A stretch of DNA of 64,000 nucleotides. Origin: Balanoglossus misakiensis. Lineage: Eukaryota; Animalia; Hemichordata. The notes under the pieces are model-generated. The model was not told the DNA's origin, did no database searches, and saw nothing but the letters and a program-made list of their open reading frames with translations. The DNA is taken from the NCBI GenBank assembly GCA_040954595.2, contig CM082579.2:11521625-11585624 (forward strand). The letters run 5' to 3'. The position numbers were made by a program, and so were the translations under genes. The first letter of the stretch is position 1; every line of letters starts with the position of its first letter. Below, piece by piece: positions 25,825-64,000 of this stretch.

Positions 25825-26125
25825 TGTATGTATGTATGTATGTATGTATGTATGTATGTATGTATGTATGTATGTATGTATGTATGTATGTATGTATGTA
25901 TGTATGTATGTATGTATGTATGTATGTATGTATGTATGTATGTATGTATGTATGTATGTATGTATGTATACGTAAATCTAGTACAGTCTTTCCTTTTTTT
26001 CGTTTTCAGAATGCAAAGCGTATCACTTTAAGTGTCCAAATGGTTTGTGTATGTTTCGCAGTTACTTATGTAATGGCTATGATGATTGTCACGACAACTT
26101 TGATGAAGAAGGTTGTTTATATTAA
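15868..26125 (+). CDS. Secreted modular protein: signal peptide + thyroglobulin type-1 + WAP + 13 LDL-receptor class A repeats, no transmembrane segment
   Basis: Sixteen exons joined by phase-1 introns: 15868-15940 ([24 protein letters not shown]); 16573-16830 ([10 protein letters not shown]...[11 protein letters not shown]1); 17164-17301 (KVGQCP..C...C..DEECP..LKCC...CGKTC, WAP); then LDLa exons 17725-17835, 18306-18422, 19348-19431, 20473-20586, 20722-20817, 21137-21262, 21634-21741, 22301-22408, 23099-23206, 23436-23531, 24121-24240, 25148-25297 and 26010-26125, each with a CD/CN..DC.D.SDE..C-type motif. AATAAA at about 26231. Confidence 0.9.
16118..16299. mobile_element. TTAA-flanked MITE (Kolobok-like), family A copy 1
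   Basis: TTAA-AGGTATACAGTCACCT ... AGGTGACCGTATACCT-TTAA terminal inverted repeats; related copy at 39656-39837. Confidence 0.85.
18637..19122. mobile_element. TTAA-flanked MITE with degenerate TIRs
   Basis: TTAA-AGGTAAATGAGCTGCAACT ... AGTTGAAGCTTATGTGCCC-TTAA. Confidence 0.65.
19709..20008. mobile_element. TTAA-flanked MITE with degenerate TIRs
   Basis: TTAA-AGCCTCAAGAGCTGCCA ... TGGCAGCTCATCGGAGT-TTAA. Confidence 0.55.
22985..23054. repeat. (ATCT)n microsatellite
   Basis: Pure tetranucleotide tandem array. Confidence 0.97.
24523..25086. mobile_element. Non-autonomous element ending in a long imperfect hairpin (24947-25082)
   Basis: GCAATAACC..GGGTATACAC..GATTTGGGT.CAATTC...GAATTG.ACCCAAATC..GTGTATACCC..GGTTATTGC. 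A short inverted pair ATTATACCA (about 24524) / TGATATAAT (about 24932) encloses the body. Same architecture as 38962-39609. Confidence 0.65.
25545..25795 (+). mobile_element. Hammerhead-containing short repeat (solo Penelope-like pLTR / retrozyme-like) next to a (TATG)n tract
   Basis: TATA-like CATAAAAA at about 25608, hammerhead at 25641-25701, and a 3' tail ...ACCAGTCGAACCGCATACTTCGTAT shared (inverted) with the 487-636 copy. 5' boundary is approximate. Confidence 0.65.
25641..25701 (+). ncRNA. Minimal type I hammerhead ribozyme, copy 2
   Basis: CTGATGA (25653-25659); perfect stem II GTGAGTC-tagt-GACTCAC; GAAA (25678-25681); stem III (A)CAG-cg-TTG(T); GTA cleavage triplet ending at 25691; stem I AGTCTC/GAGATT. 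Confidence 0.85.
25795..25969. repeat. (TATG)n microsatellite
   Basis: Pure tetranucleotide array; explains the CMYV-repeat ORFs. Confidence 0.97.
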
Positions 26126-26619
26126 ACCGACCAGATTGCCATGTCAGTGCCCCTATAAAGCAAATAAGTTTGTAAACATTTGGTCAATTTACTCATCTAG
26201 ACTAGTTTAGTTTTATCTGTCATAAAATTAAATAAATCGCGTAAAGAAAAATATGTCTATTCCTTCGTGCGTGGTTGAAGCCTTTATTAGGCCTACATTC
26301 GAAATAGGTGTAATCCTTATTAGGTATCAGATCTAATATGGACTTGTCAAGTTAACACATATTTAAAATTGTTTGACCGACACAGTATGTACACGAAAAG
26401 AGTGTGTCTAAGTCTTCGAAAGACTGTTACCACATTCGCCTTTTGTCTGAATTCCAAAACCACTTTTTGCAGAACAAATCAAACCCCAATTTCTTTCCAT
26501 CCAACTTGCCTTATAAGCTATGGAAGGTCGATGGGTTACCACCAAAAATTGGCCAAGTCGGGCTATGTGTTCAATGGTGTACGATCCGGTTTTATAGCAG
26601 GAGAATTCCACCATCCTTC

Positions 26620-26676
26620 GCCTACGGTCATACCACGTAGAATAAGACGGTTCTCGTCTGATCACCAAAAAGCCAA
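26620..26676 (+). pseudogene. 3'-truncated 5S rRNA copy with about 175 bp of upstream spacer (26444-26619)
   Basis: GCCTACGGTCATACCACGTAGAATAAGACGGTTCTCGTCTGATCACC. The spacer matches 5353-5390 followed by 5050-5148. Confidence 0.88.
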
Positions 26677-27204
26677 CGTCCGTCTAGATTTACAGACATA
26701 AGCAAAACAAATAAATATATAAATGCGCAACACAGATATGCAAAAAATCGTAGAAGTATTTAGTACCCATGATTCTCCGTCACAAGCTTCAACCCGAAAC
26801 ACGCCAGGTGTTAGTCTTATGCAGAGTATTTTTGGATTTCTTTGTTTGCTTGACTGCACACCAACGAAGGGGCCATTTACGCTTCAATCATGGTTTAACA
26901 TAGAACGTGCCTGCGTCTATCACTCCCGGGTGTTGACAACATCATACCCGGACAGAAGGTGTCCAAATGAAGACAGTAAAGTAAATCATGTTCATTGTTA
27001 TTTTATTGCCAGCACCCATGTAAAGATTTCATTTTCAGAGAATATGAACTGTGAATTATTTTACTTTGATTGGTGGAAACGAAACCATATCATGTGTTTA
27101 CAGGACATGTTCACTATGGACTGCATTTAATGATCTATCACCAAGAAAAGAAAAGTCATGTATAGCTAAACTGTTATGGATAAAGGTTCTCCATTTCATG
27201 CGGA

Positions 27205-30025
27205 TCAAAATCCGACCATAACCTCTACTTCACACAGTGTTAGTATCTGTGTCTTGTCAACAAGCTGAATGGACACATATCGCCCTTTGAATGGAGCTTC
27301 ACAACCGCATCGGATGCGGATTGTCTCCTGTCTTGACAAATTGCCAACTATTTTGCCACACACAGGATTCTTCCCGTAGTCAAAGTCAGCGCCAGCTCGG
27401 ATTTCAGCACTATTTAAACGATTCGCTGTAAAACAAAAAAAGAAAGTTGTAACACAGAAGTTAACTTACATATTTGTCCAAATATCATTACTTTATGAAT
27501 TGTTGTAATGGTGATTAATATGGGTTTCACACATGCACCATTAAGATGTTTCTGAAATGTATCAGATCAAATACTGGCATCAAGTATTATTATACGGTTT
27601 AAGTGGTCCTGAAACATTTCAGACTTGAGACGACTTTGCCGGTCAGACCTGAGCCGATGTAAGGATTAACACCTCTTCCCAACACATTGTTTATGGGGCC
27701 GAGCGTCAGGGTCTTTTGCTTAAACTTTGTGGATGTCTCAAAAGATTAATCCTCTGTGTTTACATAAAAAAATAGTGTCTCTGAAACTTTTCTAATTTTA
27801 CCCAGTCTTAACCTGGTATAAATGATACCTTCATTACTTACAGCAACAGTCTTGTCTGTTAGTAATGACCACCTGGTATATATCATACATATTCTTCAGA
27901 TACACTGTCCATCGTGGTTGGAATTCTTTAGTGGTGTAGGTACATGAATATCCGTTAACTAGATTACTGTTCTTGTTGCCGTCCACTGCCTTTGACGATT
28001 CACCGTTGTATCTGGAGTGAGTTGAAGTCTGATATGTTGATTTTCCCGTTGCAACATTGAAGAGGAATGAAGGCAGAGGATGCTGACACTCTGAAATGAA
28101 GATTTAAGATGAAACGTCCGAATGGAATCGTTTATTTCGTATGTACAAAATGAACATAGGTGGGCATACTTAGTCGTTGACTGCAACAAGTCTTTGGGGA
28201 AGTGTATGATATAAGCCCTGCAACATATTCATCAGTGAGAAGTCAGCTGCATCTTAGATCATTCCGGAAGGCATTTATTCTAAACTGAGAAAAGGATCAG
28301 ACATTTATTTTGAAGTTTACTTCAAATCCAGCACTTGCCCCGTGGTTTCTTGCTTTTAGGTCTTGTTCATTTAACCCTTTCACCAACATGCACCATGGTT
28401 CAGTCCAAACCTATTGTTTTCTATGGTAAGCTGGAACTCTAAAAAGGGAACAGAATGCAAACCTCTAGAAATTGGTTTGTTAGTCGTTCGCCTTAGGGGT
28501 GGACTGGTACGAAGCTTTGGTGGCTGTGGTGGAGTTGTTGGTTGTCGTGTTGGATGTTGCGTCTTGGAAGGAAGTGTTGATCTTGGCTGTGTTGGGGCGT
28601 GTGTCTTTGGTGGAGTTGTTAGTTGTTGTGTTGGAGCTTGCGTCTTGGAAGGAAGTGTTGATCTTGGCTGTGTTGGGGCGTGTGTCGTTGGTGGAGTTGT
28701 TAGTTGTTGTGTTGGAGCTTGCGTCGTGGAAGGAGGTGTTGATCTTGGCTGTGTTGGGGCTTCTGTCTTTGGTGGAGTTGTTGGTTGTTGAGTAGGAGCT
28801 TGCGTCTTGGAAGGAAGTGTTGATCTTGGTTGTGTTGGGGCGTGTGTCTTTGGTGGAGTTGTTAGTTGTTGTGTTGGAGCTTGCGTCTTGGAAGGAGGTG
28901 TTGATCTTGGCTGTGTTGGGGCGTGTGTCTTTGGTGGAGTTGTTAGTTGTTGTGTTGGAGCTTGCGTCTTGGAAGGAGGTGTTGATCTTGGCTGTGTTGG
29001 GGCTTCTGTCTTTGGTGGAGTTGTTGGTTTTTGAGTAGGAGCTTGCGTCTTGGAAGGAAGTATTGATCTTGGTTGTGTTGGGGCGTGTGTATTTTGTGGA
29101 GTTGTTGGTTGTTGTGTTGGAAGCAGAGTCTTTGGACGAAGAGCTGGCGATGGAGCTTGCGTCTTGGAAGGAAATGTTGTTGGTGGTGGCAATGATGGGG
29201 CTTCTGTAGTTAGAGAAGCTGAAAGGGAAAAAAAAACACTTAGGCCATTAAAACCAAATAGCTCAAGCAGAAATGAGCGGGTAGAAAATAGTTGTGTATA
29301 AACCTGATGAAAAGTTAATTGTGGTTTTCAATGATTATTGACAATTACAACATAATCAACAGCAGCTCAGGTTACTGTGCTTTCTGAGGTTATACCTCTT
29401 ATTGTAAACAATCGTACCATCCCGATAAGAAAATTTCATGAAGGTTAATACTCCCGTAGTGGTTTCAATTCAAATACATCAAATACATGATGTAACATCT
29501 TTGTAACATCTGAAACTTAAATGTTTCTTAAAAGTCTTACTTGGCACTGCGTAGAACTTGTAGACTTGATTGGCCTGTGGGCCTCCCACACCGTATGATG
29601 CACAATCTTCAGATGGACCATATTTCTGATAGGTATCTTCAATATCTGCAGCTGTTGCACAGATCCCTCTATCAGTGAGAGCGAACATTGTGAAGCCACG
29701 AGAAGATGCAGCTTGCATGCACTGTGTGATGAGGTTTTGTGGCTGTCTATAGGCACACGCGGTCATCGGTCTTTGTCCTTCTAAGATTGGTATCGCTCTG
29801 TCGGTGTTATTTTCTTTCCAACAGCCAAGGTTTTCTATCCGTGTGCCTAAAATAATGTGTGAAAGACCAGCATTTATGGAAAAGTATATGACACAATTTT
29901 TACTCTCGCATATAACATTAAATAAATTATGTAAGAAAACCTTTGACATATTGAATACTTTAGACAGGAAATTCACCTTGTACAACAGCAAACCACAGAA
30001 CAGTTATGATGTGAATAAGCTTCAT
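27205..30025 (-). CDS. Secreted lectin-like protein: signal peptide + WSC-like domain + Pro/Thr mucin-like stalk + F-type (fucolectin) lectin domain
   Basis: Exons joined by phase-1 introns: 30025-29977 (MKLIHIITVLWFAVVQG); 29846-29541 (ENLGCWKENNTDRAIPILEG...C..AA..RGFTMFAL...GIC...YQKYGPS..C...GVGGPQANQVY); 29218-28463 (PTS repeats); 28090-27842 (NVATGKSTYQTST...KAVDGN...SCTYT...ITNRQDCC); 27425-27205 (SNRL...GRYVSIQL...LTLCEVEVMVGF*). Probable 5' UTR exon with a donor at about 30323. Confidence 0.9.
28520..29190 (-). repeat. Coding minisatellite with a 75-bp unit (25 aa, TQAPTQQLTTPPKTHAPTQPRSTLPSK-like)
   Basis: Near-identical tandem units GGAGTTGTTAGTTGTTGTGTTGGAGCTTGCGTCTTGGAAGGA.GTGTTGATCTTGGCTGTGTTGGGGCGTGTGTCTTTGGT. 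Confidence 0.93.
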
Positions 30026-31593
30026 ATTGGTGACTTTCGTCAAGGAATCTATAAAACAAAAATCAATTGATTAAAACTTACACTATGTCGAAAAATGATA
30101 AAATAACAGTACTGTGATAGATACCAGTCCATAATGTGCAATTCCGTCTGGTATTATGTAAAAATACAACATGTAAACTGTAAGCATGATCTATGTTCCC
30201 AATGCAGGATAATCTATCGGTGTTTCCGAAATCAGACACAAAACTTAGATATCTCTATCAACATGTGGAAATCTCTGAACGATTTAAAAACAAGGCTGTG
30301 TTTAACAAAGAAGAGGAACTTACCAACTGTTCGGCTTCACCTACACCCGTGGAATGATATATTCTCACAAAACGTTCCGGAAATAGCCTACCAACGGTTG
30401 TTTATGTGGCTTGTTTAGTTGCAGTGGGCGTACCGGAACTTGCGTCATCCATGTCATCCGTGATCAGTGCACATTCATGTACTCACGATAGCCGAGTTCA
30501 ATTTCACATTTTATGGCCTTTGGTATTCCAACTATGTGTTTCCATAGTATACGTTATTTATCACTTGCGTTGGACACAAGTATCAACTTTGGTACAACTC
30601 TGTAGAAGTTGCCGTCGGATGTTCTGAGCTAAAGGCTCCAAAATTAGACATCGATTTATGATCTACCGGTATGACAGAAACGTTCGATCGAAATGAAAAA
30701 CCCTTGCAATTCTGCTGGTAAAAATAATATTTTAAGTTTCTGTTTTCGATCGACGGGAGCAGCTAGCATGTTAGTTTAGAGAATAAAATGCATGCACTAA
30801 CAGTCTGTTCACTGGATTTGATTGATGGAATCTCCATTCGATGGAAAGGGTTTACGCTGTAAAATAATTTATGTGTCAGAAATAATATTGTTCAGCGAAT
30901 ATCAGTACATGGAAGAGCACGTCTCGCTGGTTTGGGCCACTCAACATGTCGCCTCTAAGGCAAAATAACAACATTAACAGTTTCCGATTTGAATACAATG
31001 GTTGCACTTATGAGATGGCATTGGCCTTTGCCCGGAATGGATTACAAATTCACCCGTTTTTTTTCGATCGTGATGACCCTTTCGTGGCTTGAACATTGCC
31101 GTAGGTTTGAACATGTTGATAAAGAAAGAATTAAACTTCAGAAATCACACTTTATGATTTTTTATTCTCAATAAGAAAGAATAATCTACATTTCCCTTGA
31201 GCAAATTATTAGGAATTATTTAAGACTTTATCTGCGAATTGCACTCTACATGGGCTTGATGTCCTCGACCAACTTTCGAGCAATGTGTTTGTATTAATAT
31301 AACTTTTTATAGCAGGATTTACAGAATACAACTAACAATTGAAAGCAGTCAAGTAATACAGCACGCCTCAGCAGTCTCACATCAACAGTACCTGAAATAG
31401 CATTTTAACGGGCACATTTTGCCAAATTGAAACATATAATTAATCAAGTATATTAAGTTATGTTCATCATAATAAGAGAAAGACGCCTATTATGTTCTTC
31501 TCCCAATATTTAATATAGTGCACTAGTTCGGACGTGTCATTTTCCCATCATGTACGCCTAGCAACCACTAGTATGTCAGTTCTGGTGGTCGCT

Positions 31594-63825
<32,232 letters not shown>

Positions 63826-64000
63826 CTAAAAAGAAAATGGAAATGTAAAATTTGTGAACACATGTTCTTACCAACATATACCAGTATCCAGTACCATCAC
63901 TGTTTTATTATGGGTTTATTCTAAATGATACGAGCATTTTGTCACATGTAGGAAAACGTGATTATAGGATGTCTGCCGCCTATTTTGTCAGATATAATGT

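Noticed and set aside
25494-26210. 238-aa ORF with CMYV repeats (similar ORFs at 38540, 52419, 52472, 22978, 54100)
   Set aside because: Open frames arise from stop-free tetranucleotide microsatellites; some also overlap real exons.
27959-28217. Alternative upstream acceptor at 28217 and the 76-aa ORF
   Set aside because: Hits a stop in the required phase; the acceptor at 28090 gives a clean F-type lectin frame.
28520-29190. Regular repeat array as a possible CRISPR
   Set aside because: Contiguous tandem units without unique spacers, in a eukaryotic coding exon; no cas genes.
28414-29301. Plus-strand Cys/Gly/Val-rich repeat ORFs
   Set aside because: Antisense shadows of the minus-strand mucin exon, which has proper splice sites and phase.

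Overview
AT-rich, intron-rich animal genomic DNA, probably a marine invertebrate deuterostome such as a hemichordate (inferred from gene content and repeat style, not proven). Four well-supported spliced genes were assembled by hand from splice sites and reading phase. (1) An SLC27/FATP very-long-chain acyl-CoA synthetase (+, 9 exons) ending in the PTS1-like tripeptide AKL. (2) A secreted protein of signal peptide, thyroglobulin type-1, WAP and 13 LDLa modules (+, 16 exons). (3) A secreted protein of signal peptide, WSC-like domain, mucin stalk and F-type lectin (-). (4) The C-terminal part of an RNF213/mysterin-like AAA+/RING/RZ E3 ligase (-, about 45 exons, 5' end beyond the window). A weaker four-exon Arg-rich ORF lies at the left edge. 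Non-coding content includes dispersed 5S rDNA units that retain their spacer, many TTAA-flanked MITEs, a 5'-truncated L2/CR1-type LINE nested in one MITE inside a GC-AG intron, two hairpin-capped non-autonomous elements, and microsatellites. The most striking signal outside the ORF track is two copies of a minimal type I hammerhead ribozyme in a short Penelope-like/retrozyme-like repeat: one has a twin-priming inversion and a target-site duplication, and the other lies in sense orientation in a host intron. All coordinates were read by eye and may be off by a few bases.
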